From Nitratidesulfovibrio sp. (GTDB lineage Bacteria; Desulfobacterota; Desulfovibrionia; Desulfovibrionales; Desulfovibrionaceae), in the NCBI RefSeq assembly GCF_040373385.1, contig NZ_JBDXXH010000001.1, forward strand, positions 9,191 to 73,190: a stretch of DNA of 64,000 bases, in the 5' to 3' direction. The notes under the pieces were generated by a model. That model ran no database searches and was not told the origin of the DNA. It worked only from the letters and a program-made list of their open reading frames with translations. Both the position numbers and the translations under genes were made by a program. The stretch's first letter is position 1, and each line of letters starts with the position of its first letter. Of the stretch, positions 37,873-47,958 are shown in pieces.

Positions 37873-40800
37873 ACATCGCGGCGTTCTTCATCCGCAGGCC
37901 GGTGACCACCTGCCTGGTCATGCTGGCCATGTTCCTGTTCGGGGTGGTGGGCTACCGCAACTTGCCGGTAAGCGACCTGCCCAACGTGGACTTTCCCACC
38001 ATTCAGGTAACGGCGGAACTTTCCGGGGCCGACCCGGAAACCATGGCCAGCGCCGTGGCCACTCCGCTGGAGCGGCAGTTCGCCACCATCGCGGGCATCG
38101 ACTCCATGACCTCGTCGAGCACGCTGGGGCGCACGCGCATCACCATCCAGTTCGCCCTCGACCGCGACATCGACGCGGCCGCGCTGGACGTGCAGTCGGC
38201 CATCTCGCAGGCGGCGCGCCGCCTGCCCGACGACATGACCACGCCGCCCTATTTCCGCAAGGTCAACCCCGCCGACCAGCCCATCCTGTATATAGCGCTC
38301 ACCTCGCCCACCCTGCCCCTGTCGCAGGTGAACGAATACGCGGACACCATGCTGGCCCAGCGCATCTCCATGGTGGCCGGGGTGGCCCAGGTGCAGGTGT
38401 ACGGTTCGCAGAAGTACGCGGTGCGCGCCCAGGTGGACCCGCGCGCCCTGGCCACGCGCGGCCTTGGCCTGGACGAGGTGGCCAAGGCCATTTCCGATTC
38501 CAACGTCAACCTGCCCACCGGCACCCTGCAAGGCGACCATACCTCGCGCAACATCCAGGCCAGCGGGCAGCTGTTCGACGCCGCCTCGTACCGGCCCATG
38601 GTGGTGGCCTGGCGCGACGGCGCGCCGGTGCGCCTGGGCGAGCTTGGCCGGATCATCGACAGCGTGGAGCAGGACAAGCAGTTCACCTGGTTCAACGATA
38701 CGCGCGGCATCGTGCTGGCCGTGCAGCGCCAGCCCGGTTCCAACACCGTGGCCGTGGTCAACGCGGTGAAGGACCTGCTGCCCTCGTTTGAGCGGCAGTT
38801 GCCCGCGTCCGTGCAGCTGAACGTGATGTACGACCGCTCGCAGACCATCCGCGAATCGGTGGACGACGTGAAGTTCACCCTGGTGCTCACCGTGTGCCTG
38901 GTGGTGCTGGTGATCTTCCTGTTCCTGCGCAGCCTGTCGGCCACGGTCATCCCCAGCCTGGCCCTGCCCATGTCGGTGGTGGGCACCTTCGCCCTGATGT
39001 ACGTGTTCGGGCACAGCCTGGACAACCTGTCGCTGATGGCCCTGACCCTGGCCGTGGGCTTCGTGGTGGACGACGCCATCGTCATGCTCGAGAACATCGT
39101 GCGCCACAAGGAAATGGGCAAGCCGGTCATGCAGGCGGCCCTGGATGGGTCGAAGGAAATCGGCTTCACCATCATTTCCATGACCATCTCCCTCGCGGCG
39201 GTGTTCATCCCCGTGCTGTTCATGGGCGGGGTGGTGGGGCGGCTGTTCCGCGAATTCTCGGTGGTCATCATGGTAGCCATCGGCCTTTCGGGCGTGGTCT
39301 CGCTGTCGCTTACGCCCATGCTGTGCAGCCGCTTCCTGAAGCCGCACGGCGCCGAGCGCCACGGGCGCATCTACAACGCGCTGGAGGCGTTCTTCGATGG
39401 GCTGCTGCACATCTACGAGCGCAGCCTGCGCGTCACCACCCGCCATCACTTCATGACCTTTCTCGTGTCCCTCGGCGTGCTGGGGCTGACGGCATGGCTG
39501 TTCGTGACCATGCCCAAGGGCTTTCTGCCCAGCGGCGACACGGGCCAGCTTTCCGGCTTCACCGAGGCGGACCAGTCCATTTCGTCCGATGCCATGGTGC
39601 GCAACCAGACCGCCCTGCACGCCGTGCTGGCGGCAGACCCGGCCATCGCCTCGTTCACCTCCATCGTGGGGCCGGGCGGCCCCAACCTTGGCGGCAATGC
39701 CGGGCGGCTGGTGATCATGCTGAAGGACCGCCACGAGCGCAAGGAAACGCCGGAACAGGTCATCCAGCGGCTGCGGCCCAGGCTGAACACCCTGCCCGGC
39801 ATCCAGGCCTTCGTGTCCAACCCGCCGTCCATCAACATCGGCGGGCGCACCACCAAGAGCCTGTACCAGTACACCATCCAGGGGCCGGACACCGACGAAC
39901 TGTACCGGGTGGCCCCCCTGCTGGAAGAACGGATGCGCACCCTGCCCGGCTTGCAGGACGTGACCAGCGACTTGCAGTTGAAGAACCCCGAGGTGCGCGT
40001 GACCATCCACCGCGACAAGGCGGCGGCGCTGGGTGTTTCGGCCCAGCGGGTGGAAGAGGCGTTGCAGTCGGGCTTCAGTTCGCGTCAGGTTTCCACCATC
40101 TACGCGCCCACCAACGACTATGCGGTGCTGCTGGAACTGTTGCCGGAATACCAGCGTGATGCATCCGTGCTGCCGCTTCTGTACGTGCGGGCCAATTCCG
40201 GCATGCTGGTGCCGCTGGACACCCTGGCCAGCCTGAGCGAGGGGGTGGGGCCGCTGTCGGTGAACCATTCCGGCCAGCTGCCATCGGTGACCGTGTCGTT
40301 CAACCTGCGGCCCGGCGTGGCCCTGGGCGATGCCGTGGCCCAGGTGGAGCAGGTTGCCTCGCCCCTGCTGCCCGCCGACGTGGTGGGCTCGTTCCAGGGC
40401 ACGGCGCAGGCCTTCCAGAATTCGCTGCAAGGTATGACCGTGCTGCTGGGCCTGGCGGTGTTCGTCATCTACATCGTGCTGGGCATCCTGTACGAAAGCT
40501 TCATCCACCCGCTGACCATCCTTTCGGGCCTGCCCTCGGCGGGCATGGGCGCGCTGCTGACGCTGATGTTCTTCGGGTACGACCTGAACCTGTACGCCTT
40601 CGTGGGCATCATCATGCTGATCGGCATCGTGAAGAAGAACGCCATCATGATGATCGACTTCGCCATCGAGTCCGAGCGCGTGGAGGGCCGCGCCCCGGCG
40701 GACGCCATCTTCCACGGCTGTCTGGTGCGCTTCCGGCCCATCATGATGACCACCATGGCCGCGCTCATGGGCGCGCTGCCCATCGCCGTGGGCTTCGGCG

Positions 40801-40985
40801 CGGGCGCCGAGGAGCGCAGGCCGCTGGGCCTTGCCGTGGTGGGCGGCCTGATGGTGTCGCAGATGCTGACCCTGTACATCACCCCGGTGTACTACATGTA
40901 CATGGACAAGCTGAGCCGCTGGCTGCAACGCAGGATGGGCCGCGCGCTGGGCAACGAACGGGCGGCGACGCAGCCGCAGGCGTAG
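37869..40985 (+). CDS. RND efflux transporter permease (AcrB/MexB-like, 12 TM)
   Basis: 1038-aa ORF with GTG start overlapping the adaptor stop (GTGA). [25 protein letters not shown]..; typical large periplasmic loops. No outer-membrane factor gene follows. Confidence 0.92.
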   Translation: MNIAAFFIRRPVTTCLVMLAMFLFGVVGYRNLPVSDLPNVDFPTIQVTAELSGADPETMASAVATPLERQFATIAGIDSMTSSSTLGRTRITIQFALDRDIDAAALDVQSAISQAARRLPDDMTTPPYFRKVNPADQPILYIALTSPTLPLSQVNEYADTMLAQRISMVAGVAQVQVYGSQKYAVRAQVDPRALATRGLGLDEVAKAISDSNVNLPTGTLQGDHTSRNIQASGQLFDAASYRPMVVAWRDGAPVRLGELGRIIDSVEQDKQFTWFNDTRGIVLAVQRQPGSNTVAVVNAVKDLLPSFERQLPASVQLNVMYDRSQTIRESVDDVKFTLVLTVCLVVLVIFLFLRSLSATVIPSLALPMSVVGTFALMYVFGHSLDNLSLMALTLAVGFVVDDAIVMLENIVRHKEMGKPVMQAALDGSKEIGFTIISMTISLAAVFIPVLFMGGVVGRLFREFSVVIMVAIGLSGVVSLSLTPMLCSRFLKPHGAERHGRIYNALEAFFDGLLHIYERSLRVTTRHHFMTFLVSLGVLGLTAWLFVTMPKGFLPSGDTGQLSGFTEADQSISSDAMVRNQTALHAVLAADPAIASFTSIVGPGGPNLGGNAGRLVIMLKDRHERKETPEQVIQRLRPRLNTLPGIQAFVSNPPSINIGGRTTKSLYQYTIQGPDTDELYRVAPLLEERMRTLPGLQDVTSDLQLKNPEVRVTIHRDKAAALGVSAQRVEEALQSGFSSRQVSTIYAPTNDYAVLLELLPEYQRDASVLPLLYVRANSGMLVPLDTLASLSEGVGPLSVNHSGQLPSVTVSFNLRPGVALGDAVAQVEQVASPLLPADVVGSFQGTAQAFQNSLQGMTVLLGLAVFVIYIVLGILYESFIHPLTILSGLPSAGMGALLTLMFFGYDLNLYAFVGIIMLIGIVKKNAIMMIDFAIESERVEGRAPADAIFHGCLVRFRPIMMTTMAALMGALPIAVGFGAGAEERRPLGLAVVGGLMVSQMLTLYITPVYYMYMDKLSRWLQRRMGRALGNERAATQPQA

Positions 40986-41087
40986 GCCGGGCTGTCGGGC
41001 ACGCCGCTACGGGCTGCCTTGCGGGCATGGGATTCTGCCGATCAACCACGCCGTGTACCAGGCACGCCGCTGACTGTGATCTTGACA

Positions 41088-41123
41088 AAGCCCCCCGCCG
41101 ATGCGCGCATCGGCGGGGGGCTT
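41088..41123. terminator. Bidirectional terminator hairpin between the RND gene and the convergent GGDEF gene
   Basis: aaagccccccgccgatgc-gc-gcatcggcggggggcttc (about 16-bp perfect stem), A-run upstream and T-containing tail downstream. Confidence 0.75.
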
Positions 41124-41197
41124 CTGTCTGGGGAAATGGGCGGTGTGCGGGAATGCGCGGTGGGGAGACGTTGTCGCGGAACGGGTTGCCGATCCCC

Positions 41198-42367
41198 CTA
41201 CCGCACGGCGATGCCGTCGCCGCCCCGTCGCTTTACCGCGTACACGGCGCCGTCGGCGCGGGCCACCATGGCCTGCACGGCCAGGGGTGCGCCTTCGCCC
41301 GCGCTGGCGGCGTTGCCCGCGTCGGTCACCGGGGCCAGTTGGCAGGCGGCGTCGGCGCGGCCCTCGCCCTGCTGGCGGTAGCGGGCAATGCCGATGCTCA
41401 GGGTGCAGCCGTGGTTCTGGCACTGGGAGAAGCGGTGGCGGATGCGTTCTGCCACGGCGCGCACGGAATTTTCGTCCGGGCAGGCGAACAGGATGCCGAA
41501 TTCGTCGCCGCCGATGCGGCAGGGGGTGTCGGTGCCCGCGCGTACCGCCTCTGCGATGACGTCGCCGAGCAGGCGCAGCAGTTCGTCGCCCGCCGCATGC
41601 CCGTGGGTGTCGTTGACGGTCTTGAAGCGGTCGCAGTCCACCAGCATCAGGTGAAAGGGCGGTCGCAGCCGGGCATCGGCGGCCAGTTCGGCCAGGCGCC
41701 GTTCGAAGTGGCGGCGGTTGAACAGGCCGGTCAGCGCGTCGCGCACGGCCAGTTCCTCCATGTGCCGGGCGCGGCTGTCCGTGGCCTCCAGGCGGGCCAT
41801 CAGGTGCCGTTCGCGGCTGGCCACCAGGTGGGCCATCCATTCCAGGTTGCGCTTCAGGCGCATCAGGTCGTGCTCGTCCTCCTGCTCGTTGGGCAGCGCC
41901 AGCGGGCGGGGCTGGCGCCCTTCGCGCAGGGCCATGCAGAAGGTGTTGATCTCGCGGATGTCGCGCATCAGCACGAAGCGGCAGATCAATCCGGCCATGG
42001 GGATGCACAGCACCAGCGCACCGGCCAGGTACAGGGCCACGGCCAGGACCACGTCGTCGAACACCGACAGGGGCAGCGCCCGGGGCAACCCCGGCAGCAC
42101 GGCGCGGCCCTGCGATTCCAGGTGGTGCAGCAGTATCCCGGCGGGTACCACCACCACCATGAACAGCGCGATGGCCAGCCGGGTGCGGGGGTTCAGCGCA
42201 TCCACGCCGCGCCAGAAGGCGTCGATGAGGCGGCGCAGCCAGCGGGGCGTGACCAGTCCGGCCAGCCCCACGGAGGAGGTCCGGCCATTGGCGCGGGCGG
42301 TATCTGCGGAACCAACAGAGCCAGCGGCACCGGGGGTGCCGACATTGCAGGAAGGGGTGTTGTTCAT
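41198..42367 (-). CDS. Membrane-associated diguanylate cyclase (2 TM + linker + GGDEF)
   Basis: ORF 41198..42562 trimmed to ATG 42367 (MNNTPSCNVG..), which overlaps the upstream gene's stop (ATGA). RDALTGLFNRRHF..LVDCDRFKTVNDTHGH..RIGGDEFGILF. Confidence 0.88.
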   Translation of the reverse strand: MNNTPSCNVGTPGAAGSVGSADTARANGRTSSVGLAGLVTPRWLRRLIDAFWRGVDALNPRTRLAIALFMVVVVPAGILLHHLESQGRAVLPGLPRALPLSVFDDVVLAVALYLAGALVLCIPMAGLICRFVLMRDIREINTFCMALREGRQPRPLALPNEQEDEHDLMRLKRNLEWMAHLVASRERHLMARLEATDSRARHMEELAVRDALTGLFNRRHFERRLAELAADARLRPPFHLMLVDCDRFKTVNDTHGHAAGDELLRLLGDVIAEAVRAGTDTPCRIGGDEFGILFACPDENSVRAVAERIRHRFSQCQNHGCTLSIGIARYRQQGEGRADAACQLAPVTDAGNAASAGEGAPLAVQAMVARADGAVYAVKRRGGDGIAVR

Positions 42368-43248
42368 GCGGGCACCGGGATCAGCAGGCCGCGCAGCGTG
42401 GCGCGTCCGTCTTCCCACGTGTCTTCCCATGTGGCGCTCCGTGGGACGGTGGTGTCGTTGCGGCGGGCGGATTCGGCAGTGCCCGCCGCGCCAGGGCCGT
42501 TGGGCGTGGCCGCCGGGGCGGCGGATGTTGCGGGCGGCAGGGGGGTGCCGGGGCCAGGGCATGCGCCGGGCGCGGCATCACGCGGTGCCAGGGTGTGGCG
42601 GCAGCAACTGGCCACGGCGATGGAGGCAATGCCGCCCAACTCGGATCGTGGCGGATGTGGCGTGCTGAAGGCCTGGTGCAGTTCGTCACGCACGGTCATG
42701 AAGGCCCGCACCACGGCGGGGTCGAACTGGCTGCCGGAGCAGCGCAGCAGTTCCGCCTCTGCCTGTTCGAAATGCATGGCCGGTCGGTAGGGGCGGTGCT
42801 GGAGCATGGCGGACAGGCTGTCCGCCAGCGCGATGATGCGCGCCCCAAGGGGTATGGCCTCGCCGTGCAGGCCGTGCGGGTAGCCCCGGCCGTCCCACCG
42901 TTCGTGGTGGTGCAGGATCATGGCGGCCACGCCTTCGTCGGCAAGGTCCGCCACCGGGCTGACGATGCGCGCGCCAATGACCGGGTGGGCGCGCATGTGT
43001 TCCCATTCTTCGGTGGTCAGGGTGCCCGCCTTCAGCAGCACAGCGTCGGGCACGCCGATCTTGCCGATGTCGTGCAAGTGCCCGGCCACGTGCACGCGGT
43101 CGGCGTCCGCCGGTGAAAAACCCATGGCCCGCGCCAGCAGAAAGGCGGCCAGGGCCACCTCCTCCGAGTGTGAGCGGGTGTGGGCATCCTTGGCATCTAT
43201 GGCGTTGCCGAGGGATTCCGCGAACTGGTGCAGCAGGGTGCTCAGCAT
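42364..43248 (-). CDS. HD-GYP domain c-di-GMP phosphodiesterase-like protein
   Basis: ORF 42364..43365 trimmed to ATG 43248 (AGGGGGA upstream). HSEEVALAA..GHLHDIGKIGVPD..HHHERWDGRGYPHGL. Pro/Ala-rich C-terminal tail. Confidence 0.88.
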   Translation of the reverse strand: MLSTLLHQFAESLGNAIDAKDAHTRSHSEEVALAAFLLARAMGFSPADADRVHVAGHLHDIGKIGVPDAVLLKAGTLTTEEWEHMRAHPVIGARIVSPVADLADEGVAAMILHHHERWDGRGYPHGLHGEAIPLGARIIALADSLSAMLQHRPYRPAMHFEQAEAELLRCSGSQFDPAVVRAFMTVRDELHQAFSTPHPPRSELGGIASIAVASCCRHTLAPRDAAPGACPGPGTPLPPATSAAPAATPNGPGAAGTAESARRNDTTVPRSATWEDTWEDGRATLRGLLIPVPA

Positions 43249-43292
43249 GGCTCGTCCCCCTTGCTGGCGAAAGCGGGTACTCCCCGACGGTA

Positions 43293-43318
43293 CGCCAGAC
43301 CGGATATCCGGTCTGGCG
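43293..43318. promoter_or_regulatory. 26-bp perfect palindrome CGCCAGACCGGAT|ATCCGGTCTGGCG upstream of the HD-GYP gene
   Basis: Read directly. 45-70 nt upstream of ATG 43248 on the minus strand. No U-tract on either strand, so it is more likely an operator or 5'-UTR hairpin than a terminator. Confidence 0.45.
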
Positions 43319-43659
43319 CCGCGAAGTTGAAAATCATTCTCATGAGCTGGAGATATCCCCATCATCGGATGAGGTCAATGGGGATGGGCGGGGAGAAACC
43401 GCGATTGTCCGGAAAAAGTGGACCGCATCGCACGGGTTGCTCCGAACGCACCGGAGGGCGCCATGGAGCGCCTCAGGAGTGGCCGTGGGGTGTCCATGCG
43501 TCCCCATGTCGTGGCGGCGGCGATGGGTGCCCGCGAGCGGGCGGCGGCTGCGGCTGGATGGGGGGCGGAAAGCGGGCGGCGCGCCCGGCAGCCGCCCCGA
43601 AGGGCGGACCGGACGCGCCGTGCAGCGTGAACGCGCGGGGATCTGGCCGTATCCTGCCG

Positions 43660-44046
43660 TTACGGCAGGTCGATGATGGCCTCGATCTCGATGTTCGAAC
43701 CCAGCGGCAGCGCGGCCACCTGGATGGTGGAGCGCGCCGGGAAGGGCGCGATGAAGAATTCGGCGTAGGCGGCGTTCATGGCCGCGAAGTCGGCCAGGTC
43801 GGTGAGGAACACGGTGACCTTGACCACCCGGTCAAGGTCGGCGCCCGCAGCCTGGGCCACGGCCTGCACGTTGCGCAGGCACTGGCGGGCGCGCGCGCCC
43901 ATGTCGCCTTCCACGAAGGTGCCGGTGGCCGGGTCCACGGGCAACTGGCCGGAAACGAACAGCAGCCCTCCGCAGGCAAGGCCGGGGGAATAGGGGGCGA
44001 CCGGGGCGGGGGCTCCGGCGGGGATGATGGCGGTGCGTTGGGCCAT
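43660..44046 (-). CDS. ridA: RidA/YjgF-family reactive intermediate deaminase
   Basis: ORF 43660..44106 trimmed to ATG 44046 (CAGGAG upstream). APVAPYSPGLACGGLLFVSGQLPVDPATG..VTVFLTDLADFAAMNAAY..PARSTIQVAALPLGSNIEIEAI. Confidence 0.9.
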   Translation of the reverse strand: MAQRTAIIPAGAPAPVAPYSPGLACGGLLFVSGQLPVDPATGTFVEGDMGARARQCLRNVQAVAQAAGADLDRVVKVTVFLTDLADFAAMNAAYAEFFIAPFPARSTIQVAALPLGSNIEIEAIIDLP

Positions 44047-44271
44047 TGGCGCGCTCCTGCGATGCGGGGTGATGGAATGGTCCCGGCGGCGGGCCGCCGG
44101 GTGCACGGGGGACGATGACGCAGCCTAGCCGCGCGGCCGCGTGCTTGTAAAGACATCCGGAGGGATGCGCTCTGGCGGCGACAGGGCGACGACGGGGCGG
44201 AGACAGGGCAAATCAGCATCTGGAGGACATCACCGCCGGGAGTTGCGTGGGGTACCCGGCAGTTCCGGTGG

Positions 44272-44940
44272 CTACTTTTTCCCCTTTCCCTTCCCCTTGC
44301 CGTCGTCGGGGTAGTCGTCGCCTCCATGCTTGCCGCCCTTGCTGCTTTTGCCAGCCTTGCTGCCCCTATCACCCTTGTCCTTCACGCCCTTGCCAGATTT
44401 GCCGTCCCGGTCACCGTCATCGGCATGTGCGTCCTTGCCTTGGCGGTCTCGGTAATAGTCGCGGTACAGGTCCCGGTCATCATCGCGATTCCAGTTGCCC
44501 TTCTTGCCCTTGGAGTGCCCCACCCCCAGCGAGCCGGGGTGTGCGCCAGCCTCCTTGGCCACCTGCCCCCAGCCCATGCCCGATTCGCGCATGGACCGGA
44601 TGCGCGAGGGCGACATGCCCGATTCGCGCGACAGGTTTTCGATGCGGGTGTCTTCCAGCTTGTATTCTGAGTCGCGCCATTCCCGCTCGTAGCGCGCCAT
44701 GGAGTCGCGGTCGCCAGAGGAGCGGACCCGGTCGTAGGCGTCACGCGCCCGGTCGGCTTGGCGCATGGCGTCGTCCACGGCACCGATGACGGTGTCCGCG
44801 TCGGCTGCGTGCGCCGTGCGGACCACGCCGGGCACAAAGGCAGCGGCCAGCAGCGCCAGTAACAGGGTGGCCGGCAGCAGAAGCTGACGGGCAAACATGG
44901 CAGCGGCGGAAGGTTGTCCGGGGAAACAGCGAGAGAACAT
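44272..44940 (-). CDS. Secreted hypothetical protein with Lys/Gly/Asp-rich low-complexity C-terminal tail
   Basis: ORF 44272..44982 trimmed to ATG 44940 (GGAGG 6 nt upstream). Signal peptide ..LLLPATLLLALLAAAFVPGVVRTAHA. Helical charged middle region. Tail ..GKSGKGVKDKGDRGSKAGKSSKGGKHGGDDYPDDGKGKGKGKK. Confidence 0.65.
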   Translation of the reverse strand: MFSRCFPGQPSAAAMFARQLLLPATLLLALLAAAFVPGVVRTAHAADADTVIGAVDDAMRQADRARDAYDRVRSSGDRDSMARYEREWRDSEYKLEDTRIENLSRESGMSPSRIRSMRESGMGWGQVAKEAGAHPGSLGVGHSKGKKGNWNRDDDRDLYRDYYRDRQGKDAHADDGDRDGKSGKGVKDKGDRGSKAGKSSKGGKHGGDDYPDDGKGKGKGKK

Positions 44941-45145
44941 GCGAACCTCCGAAGGCCTGCGGACAGGCGCGATGGTGCCCAAGCGCCCGCCGTGCCGTAT
45001 CCGGATTTCTCATTGATGCAGTCTATGAATTCGCGCGGTGAATGTAAAGAATTGCAAATGGCATGTCGGGTCAGACAGGCGGCGTCCTTCGCGGGGGTTG
45101 CGCTCCGGCCCGGCTTCCCATAGGCGAAAGGGCAACGAGGACCGC

Positions 45146-46558
<1,413 letters not shown>

Positions 46559-46593
46559 GGAATTTCGGAGTGCCCGGTCATGGTACGCACGCG

Positions 46594-46641
46594 CCGCGCG
46601 CCGATGGTGGAAGATTTTCCACCATCGGCGCGCGGTGTTTT
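46594..46641 (+). terminator. Rho-independent terminator of the EBP gene
   Basis: ccgcgcgccgatggtggaa-gatt-ttccaccatcggcgcgcgg (perfect 19-bp stem), followed by tgtttt. Confidence 0.85.
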
Positions 46642-46885
46642 GGGGTGGGTTGCGTAAAAAACAGAATTAAAAGTTCTGTTTTCGTATTTTAAGAACTTTT
46701 GGTTCCGTTTGTTGCATGTTTCTTTGTTATACAGTATGTTGCGATAGCAAATTGCAAAATGGAATGGCGGGTTACGTGATGTTTTGCGGTGCGGTGAACG
46801 CACAACTCGCAAATGTGGGAACCCAAAGTTCCTGTTTTCAAAGCGCGTATGCAAAAAATCTAGAAAGAGCGCCAACTTGCCGATA

Positions 46886-46901
46886 TGGCGCGGAAAGTGC
46901 T
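46886..46901 (+). promoter_or_regulatory. Sigma-54 (-24/-12) promoter candidate TGGCGCG-N4-GTGCT
   Basis: atatGGcgcggaaagtGCt with the exact 12-nt GG-to-GC register. Downstream of an AT-rich dyad-rich region and of an EBP gene. About 195 nt upstream of small ORF P1. Confidence 0.6.
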
Positions 46902-47095
46902 CGGCATTGGGCATGGATTCCCGGCACTATCCGACCAAGGGGCGAAGCGGTACGGCTTCCGTTGCCGCCGCACCCCGACGATTCGTTCCCATTCCGAGCG
47001 GTGGGCTTCCCGAGGACTCCGGGAAGTCCGCTGATGTCGTGGGCATTGCCGATGCCCGATCGCAGGGTGCGCAGGGGCGGGAGGGTGAATCCCTG

Positions 47096-47329
47096 ATGTC
47101 CGTCACCGGGTATGTGCTGCCGGATGCCTGGGGCAAGGATTTCGAGGTGGCCGGAGTGCTCATTGCCGACGACCGCGAGCGCGAGCTGGTGGTGGGCAAT
47201 GTGGCCGAGCATCCGGCCCTGCTGGATCTGTGTCGCCGCAAGGTGACCGCCACGGGCTGGCTGGCGGCGCGCGACGGGCGGTTGCTGTTCACGGTACGCG
47301 ACTTCGCGGTGGTGGACGGGGCAGGGTAG
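47096..47329 (+). CDS. Small hypothetical protein P1 (77 aa), paralogous module shared with P2 and P3
   Basis: C-terminal part of track ORF 46784..47329, ATG 47096 with GGGAGGG upstream. MSVTGYVLPDAWGKDFEVAGVLIADDRERELVVGNVAEHPALLDLCRRKVTATGWLAARDGRLLFTVRDFAVVDGAG. Confidence 0.6.
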   Translation: MSVTGYVLPDAWGKDFEVAGVLIADDRERELVVGNVAEHPALLDLCRRKVTATGWLAARDGRLLFTVRDFAVVDGAG

Positions 47330-47526
47330 GAGTTCCGGGGAATGCCGGGCCGATCGGAAGGCGAGCGGCGGCGTGGCGCAAGAAGCCGGGCGTGGTCGCG
47401 TCGACCATGTGGCGGGATGGCCCCATGGGCCGAAGACGGTGGCGTCGTGAATTTCGAGGGGCGTGGATTTTCGGTGCGCACGGATGATGACGCGCACGGA
47501 CAGGGCGCAAGAAAGAGGGCAGGATC

Positions 47527-47958
47527 ATGAAGGCGCGGATGAAGGAAGGGGTGCGTGGCGGGTTGCGCGTGCGCGGCGGGTTGCGGGCGGTTGTGGCCAC
47601 GCTGCTGCTGGTGCTGCTGGCGAACGGGATGCTTGCGGGATCGACGGCCCGCGCGGCGGGCATGACCATGGGGCCGGAAACCCCCGAGGTGGTGGTGACC
47701 GGCGTGGTGGTGGTCACCGACGACGGCCCGCTGCTGGAAACCATGGACGACCGCATCTTTCTGCTGCGCGGCGTCACCGACCTGGAACTGGACGGGTTGG
47801 AAGTGGTGGTGACGGGCGTCGCCAACCAGATCGAGGACGGTTACTTCACCCTTGATGTTACCGGGTATTCGGTGGTTGACGAGGACAACGGGGAATCCGC
47901 GCCGCAGGCATCGCACCTGTACGGCGTGGATACCGCTGACCTCGGCAAGCGCATCTAG
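47527..47958 (+). CDS. Small secreted hypothetical protein P2 (143 aa; signal peptide + the same ~65-aa module)
   Basis: AGAGGG upstream of ATG. Signal ..AVVATLLLVLLANGMLAGSTARA. Module VVVTGVVVVTDDGPLLETMDDRIFLLRGVTDLELDGLEVVVTGVANQIEDGYFTLDVTGYSVVDED. Confidence 0.65.
   Translation: MKARMKEGVRGGLRVRGGLRAVVATLLLVLLANGMLAGSTARAAGMTMGPETPEVVVTGVVVVTDDGPLLETMDDRIFLLRGVTDLELDGLEVVVTGVANQIEDGYFTLDVTGYSVVDEDNGESAPQASHLYGVDTADLGKRI

Noticed and set aside
37593-40928. 1111-aa minus-strand ORF opposite the RND permease. Similar very long ORFs occur at 60909..63941(-), 20406..23060(+), 7834..9813(-), 4439..6232(-), 16889..18766(-), 55116..57389(+), 57148..59454(+), 41027..42790(+) and 52930..54522(-).
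   Set aside because: Their Arg/Gly/His/Pro-rich products have no recognisable motifs. Each lies antisense or out of frame to a gene with clear family signatures. This is a typical artefact of stop-codon-poor frames in 65-67% GC coding DNA.
44941-45145. Sigma-54 promoter for the divergent secreted-protein gene.
   Set aside because: The only GG-N10-GC match (cttGGgcaccatcgcGCc on the minus strand) has none of the other consensus positions. It is too weak to call.
46700-46716. Sigma-54-like TGGTTCC-N..-TTGCA. A second similar site, cGGcgaaaaaatttGCa, lies at 48194..48210 upstream of P3.
   Set aside because: In both, the distance from the GG to the GC is 13 nt instead of the strictly required 12. 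The perfect-looking -24 half-site TGGCACG at about 48110 lacks any -12 GC at the right distance.
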